From an uncultured bacterium (GTDB taxonomy: Bacteria; Actinomycetota; Acidimicrobiia; Spongiisociales; UBA5794): DNA of 64,000 nucleotides. Below the pieces are notes generated by a model. It was not told where the DNA came from. It saw only the letters and a program-made list of their open reading frames with translations, and made no database searches. Of this stretch, positions 41,922 to 53,000 are shown in pieces. Every line of letters starts with the position of its first letter. Positions within the stretch are counted from its first letter, which is position 1. The DNA lies in contig CAWDDT010000004.1 in NCBI GenBank assembly GCA_963801165.1, forward strand, positions 256,001 to 320,000, given 5' to 3'. Made by a program: the position numbers and the translations under genes.

Positions 41922-41981
41922 GTTTCCACCAGGAAAACCAGACGTAAACATCCCGTTTCGCTTCGGTAACGGGAGTGTTTC
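41922..41981 (-). promoter_or_regulatory. GlnR-box array upstream of amtB
   Basis: GAAAC-N6-GTTAC-N6-GAAAC-N6-TTTAC-N6-TTTTC-N6-GAAAC, matching actinobacterial gTnAc-n6-GaAAc. Confidence 0.75.
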
Positions 41982-42046
41982 AGCCTCACCCTCCGGGCGA
42001 GGTGTGAGTTCCGCCTTGCGGAACTCACGGGATGCATGGACCGCGT

Positions 42047-42653
42047 CTATCGGGCCAGCGTTGGTTTGAAGCTGAGACGCTTCTCCTCGTAGCCGCCGAT
42101 GGCGTCTTCGTGTTCGAGGGTCGAGCGCGATGTTGTCGAGACCGTTGCGGAGACGGTGCTTGGCGAACGGGTCGATATCGAAATGCGCCTCGAAACCGAT
42201 CGTGGTGACCGTCTGCTCTTCGAGGTCGATGGTGACGAGGTTGTCCGGGTCGCCGGCGATGCCTGTCAGGGTCGCCACCTCCTCGTCGCTCAGCGTGATG
42301 GGGAGGAGCCCGATGTTGATGCAGTTGTTGTAGAAGATGTCGGCGAAGGACGGGGCGATGATTGCCCTGAATCCGCGGTCCTCGATCGACCACGGTGCAT
42401 GCTCCCGTGACGAGCCTGAGCCAAAGTTGGGACCGCTCACAAGCACCTCGGCGGAGGCGTATGCGGCTTGGTTGAGGATGAACTCGGGGATCGGCTCACC
42501 CTCGTCGTCGTACGCCCACTCGAAGAAGAGGAACGGCCCGAAGCCGGTGCGCTCGACCCTTTTCAAGAACTGTTTGGGGATGATGGCGTCGGTGTCGACG
42601 TTGGCGCGGGGCAGCGGCGCCATCTGCCCGGTGATCACCGAGATCGGTTCCAT
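42047..42653 (-). CDS. leuD: 3-isopropylmalate dehydratase small subunit, with one extra base near 42123
   Basis: NVDTDAIIPKQFL, NFGSGSSREHAPW, SFADIF; removing one base restores LDNIALTLEHEDAIGGYEEKRLSFKPTLAR-stop. Confidence 0.92.
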
Positions 42654-42686
42654 TACAGCCACCTCCACGTGCCCATCGTCATGACA

Positions 42687-43175
42687 TCACCGCAGGAAGA
42701 CGAATTGCGTAGGACTCGAACCGAACGCCTCAATGGTGTCTGTCTTCCACGCCAGCACATGTTCGGGTGTGATCCGCCAGAAACGGGACCCTTCCGGACG
42801 GTACGGGTACTTGTCCTCGTACCCGTCGGCGATCACCGTCTGCATTGCCCCGGCGACTGTGACCGCGGACGCCACGCCGCGCACCATGACCTGCATGCCC
42901 TCGTGGTCGATGCCGACGTGGAGGCGGCCGTCACCGTCTGTGAGGTTGCGCGCCCAGCGGGTGTCGTCGCCACCTTCGATGAAGGCGAGGTCCTGCACCC
43001 AAGCTCCCCAAAGGGGGATGAGGTGGGGACCGCCGTCCTGGCCGACCGTCGAGACCCAGTAAACCGAGGCAGCGGCGAGGGCTGCGCTCACGTCGTCCCA
43101 GAGGAGCATTCCTTCTTCGCCGCTGGCGACGCCGTACGACTCGGGAATCCCCGGGCGGCGGCGGGTGATTTTCAT
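42687..43175 (-). CDS. Pyridoxamine 5'-phosphate oxidase-like (split beta-barrel) protein
   Basis: [24 protein letters not shown] pattern, [13 protein letters not shown]; ATGA overlap with leuC. Confidence 0.8.
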   Translation of the reverse strand: MKITRRRPGIPESYGVASGEEGMLLWDDVSAALAAASVYWVSTVGQDGGPHLIPLWGAWVQDLAFIEGGDDTRWARNLTDGDGRLHVGIDHEGMQVMVRGVASAVTVAGAMQTVIADGYEDKYPYRPEGSRFWRITPEHVLAWKTDTIEAFGSSPTQFVFLR

Positions 43176-44593
43176 CTCCACTCCCTCACGTCGACGAAAT
43201 GCCCGGCGAGAGCGGCGACAACCGCCATCTCCGGGCTGACCAGATGTGTCCGTCCGTTGCGCCCCTGGCGGCCTTCGAAATTGCGGTTGGAGGTCGAGGC
43301 ACAGCGTTCACCCGGCATGAGGATGTCGGGGTTCATCCCGAGGCACATGGAGCATCCCGGTTCCCGCCATTCGAACCCTGCCTCTTTGAAGATGACGTCG
43401 AGACCTTCTTCTTCAGCCTGGAGCTTCACCAGGCCCGAGCCGGGGACCACCATGGCGTTTACGTCCGGGTGAACTTGCCGGCCCTCGGCCAATCGGGCGC
43501 CTGCCCGCAGGTCTTCGATCCGGCCATTGGTGCACGAGCCGAGGAACACCCGGTCGATCGGGATCTCGGTCATCGGCGTGCCGGGTTCCAGATCCATGTA
43601 GACGAGCGCCCGTGCTGCCGAGTCCCGTTGCAGCGGATCGTCGAACTGGGAGGGGTCGGGTACCGAACCGGTGACAGGCACCGTCTGTGCGGGATTGGTA
43701 CCCCACGAGACGTAGGGGGCCAGATCGGAGGCGTCGATGTCGACCTCAACGTCGAATCGTGCCCCGGGGTCGGTGCGCAGCGTCTCCCAGTATGCGACGG
43801 CGGCGTCCCACTCGTCGCCCTTGGGGGCGAAGTTGCGGCCCTTCAGGTATTCGAAGGTGGTCTGATCCGGAGCGATCATGCCCGCCCGGGCGCCGCCTTC
43901 GATGGACATGTTGCAGATGGTCATCCGTCCCGCCATCGAGAGCGACTCGATGGCCGAGCCTCGATACTCGATGACATATCCGGTGCCTCCGGCGACCCCG
44001 ATACGGCTGATGATGCCGAGGATCACGTCCTTGGCCGTCACGCCCGTCGGGAGGTTCCCGTTGACGTTGACCGCCATCGACCTGGGCTTCGACTGGCCGA
44101 GGGTTTGGGTGGCCAGGACGTGCTCGACCTCGGAGGTGCCGATACCGAAGGCGAGGGCGCCGAACGCCCCGTGGGTCGATGTGTGTGAGTCGCCGCACAC
44201 GATGGTCATCCCCGGCTGGGTGACGCCCTGCTCGGGACCGATGACGTGGACGATGCCCTGACGGATGTCGCTGATGTCGTAGAGCTCGATGCCGTTTTTC
44301 TTGCAGTTGGCGACGAGCGTGTCGATCTGCTTTTTGGACAGCGGGTCTTTGATCCCCAGCGCCCGACCTTCGGTGGGAACGCCGTGGTCGACCGTGGCCA
44401 GAGTCAGATCGGGCCGGCGCACCTTACGATTCGTCAGCTCGAGCGCCTCGAAAGCCTGTGGCGAGGTGACCTCATGGACGAGGTGGAGGTCGATGTAGAG
44501 CAGGTCGGGCTCGGTGTCACCGCCGGAGCGGACGACATGGTCGTCCCAGATTTTCTCGTACATCGTTTTCGGGGTCACCGCTGTCTCCACCAT
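43172..44593 (-). CDS. leuC: 3-isopropylmalate dehydratase large subunit
   Basis: [47 protein letters not shown]. Confidence 0.96.
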   Translation of the reverse strand: MVETAVTPKTMYEKIWDDHVVRSGGDTEPDLLYIDLHLVHEVTSPQAFEALELTNRKVRRPDLTLATVDHGVPTEGRALGIKDPLSKKQIDTLVANCKKNGIELYDISDIRQGIVHVIGPEQGVTQPGMTIVCGDSHTSTHGAFGALAFGIGTSEVEHVLATQTLGQSKPRSMAVNVNGNLPTGVTAKDVILGIISRIGVAGGTGYVIEYRGSAIESLSMAGRMTICNMSIEGGARAGMIAPDQTTFEYLKGRNFAPKGDEWDAAVAYWETLRTDPGARFDVEVDIDASDLAPYVSWGTNPAQTVPVTGSVPDPSQFDDPLQRDSAARALVYMDLEPGTPMTEIPIDRVFLGSCTNGRIEDLRAGARLAEGRQVHPDVNAMVVPGSGLVKLQAEEEGLDVIFKEAGFEWREPGCSMCLGMNPDILMPGERCASTSNRNFEGRQGRNGRTHLVSPEMAVVAALAGHFVDVREWR

Positions 44594-44701
44594 GTGACCG
44601 GTCACTGTAGTCAGGTGGTGTAATTGTCTTCAGCGTCTCGTTGGCGAAAGGGCACGGCGCGGGCCCGGTTCCCGGGTATTGTCGTCGCAGGAGGAGCGCA
44701 A

Positions 44702-45052
44702 ATGGCCGACACGACCGTTGATGAGTACCTGGATGGAGCGCCTGAGCCGCATCGCAGCACGCTCATTGAGCTGCGGGCCGCACTTCGTGAAATCCTTCCC
44801 GACGCCGAGGAGGGCATCTCCTACAGCATTCCCGCGTTCAAAGTCGATGACAGGGCCGTTGCCGGGTACGCCTACTACAAGAACCACTGCAGCTATTTCC
44901 CCCACTCGGGCTCGGTGCTACCCCAACTTGCCGACGAGCTGACCGGTTACACCTGGTCGAAGGGGACCCTCAAGTTCCCGCCGGACCAGCCGCTACCGGT
45001 CGAGCTGGTACGGCGTCTCGTCGATGTGAAGCTGCAACAGATCGGCCTGTGA
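44702..45052 (+). CDS. DUF1801 / YdhG-like protein
   Basis: AGGAG RBS; TVDEYL, EGISYSIPAF, SKGTLKF..PLP. Confidence 0.85.
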   Translation: MADTTVDEYLDGAPEPHRSTLIELRAALREILPDAEEGISYSIPAFKVDDRAVAGYAYYKNHCSYFPHSGSVLPQLADELTGYTWSKGTLKFPPDQPLPVELVRRLVDVKLQQIGL

Positions 45053-45080
45053 CGACGACCCCCGTTACGCTGCCGGTTTC

Positions 45081-45978
45081 ATGGACGACACAGGCAGACA
45101 GAGGCTTGGTATCGCATTTGCCCTGAGCGCAGCGTTGCTGTGGGGGATAAGCGGTGCGGTGGCCGCCGACGCCTTCTCTGCGATCGCCCCGGCCCGGGTT
45201 GCACAGGTCCGGGCCTTGCAGGCGGCGGTGATCCTCGTCCCCTGGGCATGGTGGCGCGGTTTGCTGCGACCGATGGGACAGATGCGGTGGCTGGTCGCGA
45301 TTGGGGTCAACCTCGCCCTGGTGAACGTAACGTTCTACTGGGCTCTCGACCGGCTCGGGGTTGGTCCCGGTGCCACGATCCAGTTCCTCGGCCCGATCCT
45401 CGTGCTCGGGTGGATGGTCGCCGCCCAACACCGACAGGTCACGAACGTCGCCTGGGTGGCCGCGGCGCTGGCAGTTGTGGGGGTGGGCCTGGTGAGCGAG
45501 GCGTGGGACGTCGCCAACGCCGACTGGCGCGGAGTGGCGGCCGGTCTGGCTTCTGCCGTCGCCTTTGCATCGTACCTACTGATCGGTGAGCACCTCGGGA
45601 GGAGTCTGCCGGCGGTCAGCGTGATGGCCTGGGGGTTCGTAGTCGCCTCGGTGTTCTGGGCGATCGTCCAGCCGTGGTGGAGCTTTCCCACCGGCCTGGA
45701 GGCGGCGGTGTGGGGGAAGCTGGTATGGGTCGGTATCGCCGGGACCGCCATCCCGTTCCTGCTCGAGATCGAGCGCGGTGCGCAGGGCACCCTCCGGGAT
45801 TGTCGGTGTGGTCGCCACAGCCGAGCCCGTGATCGGTGCCATCACCGCTTGGTTTCTCCTCGACCAGACCCTGGGTGTGCTTCAGATCGTCGGTGGCCTC
45901 ATGGTGGTGGTGGCGGTGGCCTCGATCCAGCGCTGGGGTCTTCCCCGTCGCGAGGTCCCGTATGAGGCCGCCCGCTGA
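45081..45978 (+). CDS. EamA/DMT transporter, with one extra base near 45771
   Basis: 10-TM pattern; removing one base joins LLEI to SAVRRAPSGIVGVVATAEPV..AWFLLDQTL. Confidence 0.85.
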
Positions 45979-45992
45979 TTACGCTGATCCGT

Positions 45993-46592
45993 ATGAAGTC
46001 TCTACTTGCCGTCGCCCTATTGCTGTTGCCCCTCTCGGCCCCATTCGGGGCGGCGTCGGCGACCGCCACTTCCGTCGAGGATGGGCTGCAGCTAGAGGTT
46101 TCCGTCGAGGTGCACGGTGACTTCGTGGCCGTGCTGGTGCGGGGGAGAGGCGAAGGCGGCAGCGACCTTCCCCCGGTGGCGCTCGGAGACAAGGGAGGCG
46201 GGACCTGGGCCGGGATCGTGCAGCTGCCGGTTGTGGACAACATCCTGGTCGGGTTCGAGGCGATCCCCAGTGGGGGCGGCGAGGCGGTCATCTCCGAGCT
46301 GCACAGCCTGACCGAGCTCGGCGTCGATCGTGCGGTGTTCGAAGTGGACAACCCGCAGGCTTCGTTTGGCGAGGACGACAACGCACCATTGGTTTCGCCC
46401 GAGGGGCGCCGCTGGGGATGGCTCGGTCTCGCCGCCGGCGCCGCCGCTTTGACCGTGCTGGCGCTCTGGACGATTGGCTCCGTCCGGGGCGATCGCGATA
46501 GCGAAGACGCCGAAGACGAGGCGGTGGAGGACGAGACCGACGACGAGACCGACGGCGAGACCGAAAATGACAAGCCGTCCACGATCGATTGA
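45993..46592 (+). CDS. Hypothetical exported protein with C-terminal TM and acidic tail
   Basis: Signal peptide, beta-rich core, TM, EDETDDETDGETE tail. Confidence 0.65.
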   Translation: MKSLLAVALLLLPLSAPFGAASATATSVEDGLQLEVSVEVHGDFVAVLVRGRGEGGSDLPPVALGDKGGGTWAGIVQLPVVDNILVGFEAIPSGGGEAVISELHSLTELGVDRAVFEVDNPQASFGEDDNAPLVSPEGRRWGWLGLAAGAAALTVLALWTIGSVRGDRDSEDAEDEAVEDETDDETDGETENDKPSTID

Positions 46593-46617
46593 CAAATGGT
46601 CGGGATTCCTCGATAAT
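46589..46617 (+). promoter_or_regulatory. SigA-type promoter, probably leaderless transcript
   Basis: TTGACA-N17-GATAAT, ATG 7 nt downstream. Confidence 0.7.
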
Positions 46618-46624
46618 TTGGCAA

Positions 46625-47209
46625 ATGCCGACGATACCGTCGCCCGACGACAGGCTCCCCACCGGTCTCGACTACGAGGCCGATGAGTTCGCTCATGCGG
46701 AGACTCCGCAGCAACTGAAGGCGCTTGGCAATCAGCTGCGGATGACCATCATGGATCTGCTCAACGAGCGGGCGGCATCGATCACCGAGTTGGCCGAGAC
46801 CCTGAACCGTCCCAAAGGGACGATCGGGTATCACGTCAAGGTGCTGGCGGACGCGGGGTTCATCAGGGTGGTGCGCACCCGCAAGGCGCGGGCAATGACC
46901 GAGAAGTTCTATGGCAGGATCGCACATACGATCGTCTTTCACGGGTCACCCGATAGGGGGAGCAAGATGTTCATGCTCCAGGAAGCGATGGCCGAGGCCG
47001 TCGTCGAAGAGGGCGCTGCATTGCCGGCGACGACTCTGCGACATGTCCGCATGAGCGAGGAGCAGGCCGTCGAGTTCTGGCATCGGGTCCTCACGCTGGC
47101 CATCGAGTTCACCAAGGCACCCCGGGGCGGAGACCGGGTTTACGCGTTTCTCGGTGCCGTCTACCCAACGAACCTGCCCGTGTTGCCGGGAGACAAGGAG
47201 GGAGAATGA
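46625..47209 (+). CDS. ArsR-like winged HTH regulator
   Basis: LKALGNQLR, ITELAETLNRPKGTIGYHVKVL, EKFYGR. Confidence 0.85.
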   Translation: MPTIPSPDDRLPTGLDYEADEFAHAETPQQLKALGNQLRMTIMDLLNERAASITELAETLNRPKGTIGYHVKVLADAGFIRVVRTRKARAMTEKFYGRIAHTIVFHGSPDRGSKMFMLQEAMAEAVVEEGAALPATTLRHVRMSEEQAVEFWHRVLTLAIEFTKAPRGGDRVYAFLGAVYPTNLPVLPGDKEGE

Positions 47210-48639
47210 CCGAGGGCAAGCAGAAGATCCGGCTCGGGGCGCACTACTGGAAGCTGTGGACCGCAAGCGTCATCTCCAACCTCGGAGACGGCGTCGGGCA
47301 GATCGCCTATCCATGGCTGGCTTCGGCGGTCACCCGCAACGGATTCCTCATCGCCCTCATCGCGATCGCGCAGCGGTTGCCGTGGCTGGTGTTCACGCTG
47401 CCGGCCGGGGTCATCACCGACCGGGTCGATCGGCGCAAGATCATGGTGGGCATGGATGTGTTGCGAACCATCATCACCGCGGTCGTGGCGCTGTTCGTGC
47501 TGGCCAGGCAGGGCGTGTTGCCCACTCCCGATGCCATCGCGTCCGGTATCGAGGTCGCGACAGAGCCCCTGATGTACGTGGTGCTGTTGCTCGCCGCACT
47601 CCTGCTGGGATTCGCCGAGGTGCTGCGGGACAATTCTGCCCAGACAATTCTGCCTGCGATCGTCAAGCCCGAGGCGCTCGAGAAGGCCAACAGCCAGATG
47701 TGGGGTGTGGAGCTCGTCGCAAACAGCTTCATCGGCCCGCCTCTGGGCAGCCTTCTGCTCGGGATCGGTTTTGCGCTTCCGTTCTTCTTCGATGCCGGCT
47801 CGTTCGCCGTCGCCGCCGGGCTGGTCTTCCTGATCACGGGTACCTATCGCAGCCACCAGAAGGAAGAGCTGCCGGAGAAGGTCGACTGGACCGGCGAGAT
47901 CAAGGAGGGCTGGGCCTGGCTGTGGCGTCACCCGCTGCTGCGGCCGATGGCGATCATCCTCGGGCTGATGAACGCGCTGTTTGCGGTGTCGACGGCTACC
48001 TTCGTCCTGTTCGCCCAGGAGGTGCTCCACGTCAGTGCCTTCACCTTTGCCATCCTCGGTACGGGCGGTGCCATCGGCGGGCTGGCGGCGACGTTCTTTG
48101 CCAGCAAAGTGTCGCAGAAGCTCGGCAGCGGGCTGGCGCTGTACCTGACCATGATCGCGGGTGCGGTGACGTCTCTGGTAACCGGTGTGGCCTCGCACTG
48201 GACCATTGTCTGGGCGATGTTCACCGTCGGCACGTTCACCGGCGTGTTGTGGAACGTCATCACGGTGTCGCTGCGGCAGACGATCATCCCGGACCGGCTG
48301 CTGGGCCGGGTCAACAGCGTGTACCGGTTCTTCGCCTGGGGGATGATCCCGATCGGCTCGGCGATCGGGGGTTTGCTGGTAGTGGGTGCGGAGAGCCCCA
48401 TGGGTCGGGAGACGGCTTTGCGGATGCCCTGGTTTGTGGTCACCACCGGCTGGTTGCTGCTGTTCGCCTATGCGGCTCCCAAGCTGACCACGGACAAGAT
48501 CGAGACGGCGCGAGCCGAGGGCATCGCCGCCAGAAAAGCCGCAGGCGAGATCCCCGATGACGGTGAGGTGGCTACCGAGGCCATCGGCGAGGCCGGGATT
48601 GCCGGGGTACCCCCGCCGCTGGAGGATTCGGACGGTTAA
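47206..48639 (+). CDS. MFS transporter (MFS_3 type)
   Basis: SNLGDG, GVITDRVDRRK motif A, RQTIIPDRLLGRVNS. Confidence 0.9.
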   Translation: MTEGKQKIRLGAHYWKLWTASVISNLGDGVGQIAYPWLASAVTRNGFLIALIAIAQRLPWLVFTLPAGVITDRVDRRKIMVGMDVLRTIITAVVALFVLARQGVLPTPDAIASGIEVATEPLMYVVLLLAALLLGFAEVLRDNSAQTILPAIVKPEALEKANSQMWGVELVANSFIGPPLGSLLLGIGFALPFFFDAGSFAVAAGLVFLITGTYRSHQKEELPEKVDWTGEIKEGWAWLWRHPLLRPMAIILGLMNALFAVSTATFVLFAQEVLHVSAFTFAILGTGGAIGGLAATFFASKVSQKLGSGLALYLTMIAGAVTSLVTGVASHWTIVWAMFTVGTFTGVLWNVITVSLRQTIIPDRLLGRVNSVYRFFAWGMIPIGSAIGGLLVVGAESPMGRETALRMPWFVVTTGWLLLFAYAAPKLTTDKIETARAEGIAARKAAGEIPDDGEVATEAIGEAGIAGVPPPLEDSDG

Positions 48640-48659
48640 TTGCCACAATCGAGTCCGAA

Positions 48660-48880
48660 GAGCACTCAGCCGTCCCACAGGGCGGCTGCAGGCGCGTCAG
48701 CGTCCCCGCCATGCGCTCGACCACACTCAGAGACCGGGCCCGTCCCTGAGGACCTGACACGGGAGCTTCTACCGGGGCGTCCGTCCGCAGCCTCCTATGC
48801 TGGCGAGAAGGGCAGGTGATCCCGGCGAGTGGGCTGAGACCGCCAGCCAAGGAACCCAGGCAACACGTCCCAAAGGAGCA
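48660..48880 (+). ncRNA. Candidate structured 5' leader of the deaminase gene
   Basis: Several hairpins (CAGCCG..CGGCTG; CTCAG..CTGAG; CCCGT..ACGGG; GGGGC..GCCTC) and a TTCTACC junction; class not recognised. Confidence 0.4.
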
Positions 48881-48887
48881 GCCGCCC

Positions 48888-49898
48888 ATGGAAATGCAGG
48901 ATCTCGTCAACGCGCTCCCGAAGGCCGAGCTGCACCTGCATCTGGAAGGAACGCTCGAGCCGGAGCTGAAGTTCGCCCTGGCGTCGCGCAACAATGTCGA
49001 ACTCCCGTACCCAGACGTCGCCGCGATGCGCGTCGCCTACGACTTCGACGACCTGACGTCATTCCTGGCCCAGTACTACGAAGGGATGGGTGTGCTGCTC
49101 GCCGAGCGAGACTTCTACGACCTAACCATGGCGTATTTCCGACGGGTTGCCGCACAAAACGTCGTGTACGTCGAGATGTTCTTCGACCCCCAGGCGCACA
49201 CCATTCGGGGGATCGACTTTGGAACGGTGATCACGGCGATTAGGCACGCCCAACAAGACGCCCGGGAACAGTACGGGATCGAGTCCAAGCTCATCATGTG
49301 TTTTCTCAGAGACATGTCTGCCGAAAGCGCGGCCGAGCACCTGGCGATGGCTGCCGAATACCGCGACTGGATCGTTGGCGTCGGTCTCGACTCCGATGAG
49401 AAGGGCAATCCGCCCGTCAAGTTCAAGGACGTCTTTGCCACCGCCCGGTCGCAGGGATACAAGCTCACGATGCACTGTGACGTTGACCAGGACGACTCGG
49501 TGACCCACATCTGGCAGTGTCTCAACGACATAGGTGTCGACCGGATCGATCACGGCGTGAATGCACTCGAGGACGACGCTTTGATCGAGGAGATTCACAG
49601 GCGCAAGCTGGGTCTGACGATGTGCCCCATCTCCAACAGTTTCGTCAGCGACGGGACCAAAGCGGATGCGATAAAGACGATGCTCGATAAGAGGATCCTC
49701 GTGACCGTGAACTCCGACGACCCCGCATATTTCCCCGGCTACATGACCGAGAACCTCGTCACCGCCCAGCAAGAGGCCAGCCTCACGGGCGAAGAGATCG
49801 TGCAACTGGTACGCAACGCGTTCACGGCCAGCTGGCTGGATGATGAGGAGAAGGCTCGCTACCTCGAGCAGGTGGACGAGGTCGCGGGAGCGATGTGA
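48888..49898 (+). CDS. add: Adenine/adenosine deaminase
   Basis: PKAELHLHLEG, EMFFDPQAH, VGLDSDE, RIDHG, NSDDPAYF; AAGGAG RBS. Confidence 0.92.
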   Translation: MEMQDLVNALPKAELHLHLEGTLEPELKFALASRNNVELPYPDVAAMRVAYDFDDLTSFLAQYYEGMGVLLAERDFYDLTMAYFRRVAAQNVVYVEMFFDPQAHTIRGIDFGTVITAIRHAQQDAREQYGIESKLIMCFLRDMSAESAAEHLAMAAEYRDWIVGVGLDSDEKGNPPVKFKDVFATARSQGYKLTMHCDVDQDDSVTHIWQCLNDIGVDRIDHGVNALEDDALIEEIHRRKLGLTMCPISNSFVSDGTKADAIKTMLDKRILVTVNSDDPAYFPGYMTENLVTAQQEASLTGEEIVQLVRNAFTASWLDDEEKARYLEQVDEVAGAM

Positions 49899-49948
49899 GG
49901 CGTTCGGGCCCACGCAAGAAACTCACACCACGCACCGGCGGAATGGCA

Positions 49949-49975
49949 GGAACCTAACCTGTCCCTGCGAACGTC
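49949..49975 (+). promoter_or_regulatory. Putative ECF sigma promoter of the alpha-2-macroglobulin gene
   Basis: GGAACC-N17-CGTC, as at 10341-10367. Confidence 0.55.
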
Positions 49976-50011
49976 ATACCTCTGGTACTGCCGGGGAAAG
50001 GGCAACTAGAC

Positions 50012-53000
50012 ATGTGGATGGGTGCGAACCGCCGCACGGCAATCATCGGCGGGGGTGTGGCGGTCATCCTGGCCGTGATTCTGGGTGCCGTTGTGATCAC
50101 ATCGGGGGACGATACCGACCCGCCGGACACGACCGCTCACACAGGTACCACGCAGGGGAGCGCGAATGCCGCTCTCACGCTCGCCCGCCCGAACGAGCCG
50201 CTGACGGTGACGTTGAGCGCCGGGACGGCTCAGAATCTCGTCGCTCCGCAGCCGATCACGGTGCTGGAAGGTGATCCGCTCGATGACGCCACGGTGGCCG
50301 CCATTCTCGAGCGGCTACCCGAGTGGCTCCAGCCCGTCGGCGACCGCCAGGACTTCAACCGGCCGGCCCAGACCCTGAAGCCGCCATTGGTGGGCGAAAC
50401 GGTCGATGTTCCGTTCCCGGTCGACACCGTCGAACCGGTGCCGGCCGTTCCCGACGGTCCGCTCGAGGTGCTCCGCTTCCAACCCGACGGTGCGGTCGAC
50501 GTCGCGCCGTTCCTCAGCGTCACGTTCAACCAGCCGATGGTGCCGCTTGCGACCGTGTCACAGCTCGACGCCGCCGACGTTCCCGTCACCATCACCCCCG
50601 AGCTACCCGGCCGCTGGCAGTGGATCGGCACCCGAACCCTCCGGTTCGAGCACGATCCGACTCTGTTCGACCGGCTGCCCATGGCCACCGACTACCGGGT
50701 CGAGATCCCCGCTGGCACCGTCTCCGAGACCGGCGGTGCGTTGGCCGGCACCGTGACCTGGGACTTCAGCACGCCATCGGTCCAGGTCGAGTCCTTCCAG
50801 CCGCAAGACGAGTCCCTTCCGCTCGAGCCCGTGTTCCTGGTGACCTTCAACCAGCGCATCGACCCGGCCGCTGTTCTGGAGACGATCACATTGACCGCAG
50901 GCGGGGTGCCACAGCCGCTGCGTCTGGCGACCGAGACGGAGATCGCCGCCGATGAGCAGATCGGGCAGCAAGTCGGAAGCTTGCTGGACGGTCGCTGGCT
51001 GGCGTTCCGCGCTGTCGATGCCTTTGCCCCGGACACGCAGCTGACAATCCAGGTCGGCCCCGGCGTCCCCTCTGCCGAGGGCCCGCGGGTGGCTACCGAC
51101 AGCTCGCGGTTCACCGCCCGCACATTTGCGCCGCTGCACATCAACGATTGGTCGTGCCGCAACGCCTATCCGTGTGAGCCCGGCTGGGACGAGCTCTGGA
51201 TCGGCCTCAACAACCAACTCGACACCGATGCGTTTGACCCTTCGATGGTGACCGTTGAACCCGACCTGCCCGGGATGACCGTCCAGGCTCAGTACGACTC
51301 GATCACCATCCGCGGCGCCACCGTCGGTAACACGACGTACACGGCAACCCTTTCCACCAACCTGAAGGACGTCTATGGCCAGACCCTCGAGGACGACGCC
51401 AGCGTCGACTTCATCATCGGTGACGCCCGGCCCCGGCTCGACCAGTTCGAGGATCAGCTGATCACACTCGATCCGCTGGCGCCCAAGCCATCGCTGGCGG
51501 TCACGACCGTGAACCATGAGGAGTTACGGGTCCGGCTGTTCAAGGTCGATGTCGACGATTGGGCATCGTATGTGGGGTACTGGGACCGGCGTTGGGACTC
51601 CGAGAAGCCACCGCCCTTGCCCGACTGGACCGAAGTGGTCGATACCAAGGTCGATACCAACGCCGAGCCGAACCAGTTGACGGAGACCACTATCGATCTC
51701 AGCGGCGCGTTGAACGGCGGGACGGGGCACGTGATCGTCCTTGTCGAGCCGACCGGGCCCCTGGCCGATTTGTCTCCGAACAACGACGACTACTGGAGCA
51801 ATCGCCCGACGCTGGTGTGGGCTCAGGCAACGCAGATCGGCGCCGACATTTTCAATGACGGCGATGAGTCGCTGGTGTGGGCCACCGATCTCCGCACCGG
51901 TGAGCCGCTGGCAGGTGTCGAAGCCGAGTTTGTCGGCACGGCAACGACCGTTACCACCAACAGCGACGGGCTCGCCCGCACGACGACGCCGGCTGGATCC
52001 TCTTACGAGCATCCCGTCGTTGCCCGTCTCGGCAACGACAGCGCGATCGTCGAGTCTGGCTGGCAGCAGTGGTCGCGGACCGACGAGTCCCTCTGGTACG
52101 TCTTCGACGACCGCCAGATGTACCGACCCGGCGAGACCGCTCGAATCAAGGGCTGGGTGCGCCGTCTGACGACGAGCGACGACGCCCAACTGGCGGCCGT
52201 CACCCCGGGCGCCAAGATCACCTACCAGGCGACCGACTGGTACGGCAATGAGATCGCGACGGGAACTGCCGAAGTCAACGTGCTCGGCGGTTTCGATTTC
52301 GACATAGACATCCCCGCCGGCGCCAACCTCGGCCAAGCCTCGATCAACTTGACCGGCGCGGGAGGCAGCTACAGCCAAACGATCCAGATCCAGGAGTTCC
52401 GCACACCCGAATTCGAGGTCACAACTAGGCCTGAGTCGGCGGGCCCGTACATCGTCGGCGACCCGGCCACCGTTGCCGTCCAGGCCGACTACTACTCCGG
52501 TGGCCCGCTCCCCGATGCTGAAGTCGAGTGGACAGTTACCACCCGTCAGGCGACATACTCGCCCCCCAACTGGGACGACTACACGTTTGGGATCTGGATC
52601 CCGTGGTGGTACGACACCTTCGGGTCCGGGGGCGACGTGTTCTACGAGAGCGATGTGTTCTTCGGTGAGCCCGGGCCGGCATTCGACGCGGGCACCGTCG
52701 AGACGTTCTCCGGCAGAACCGATGCCAACGGCACTCACTACTTGCACATGGACTTCGCCGGCGATGGTGAGGGTCTACCTACAACGGTCTCGGCACAGGC
52801 GACCGTGTTCGATGTGAATCGCCAGGCCTGGTCCGACGGTACCGACGTGCTCGTCCACCCTGCTGAGCTGTACGTCGGCCTGCGCAGCGACCGCACCTAT
52901 GTCGAGAGCGGCGAGCCCATCGTCATCGACGCGATTGTCACCGACATCGACGGCAACGCCGTCGCCGATCGGCCCGTCGCCATGGAGGCCGGCCGGCTCG

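Noticed and set aside
40485-42668. 727-aa LeuD-AmtB fusion in the ORF track
   Set aside because: Caused by one extra base near 42123; the proper LeuD C-terminus and stop are in the adjacent frame, and amtB has its own RBS, start and GlnR boxes
48739-48799. Calling a canonical purine riboswitch
   Set aside because: P1 and the conserved UA/UAUGG elements are not matched; kept only as a candidate
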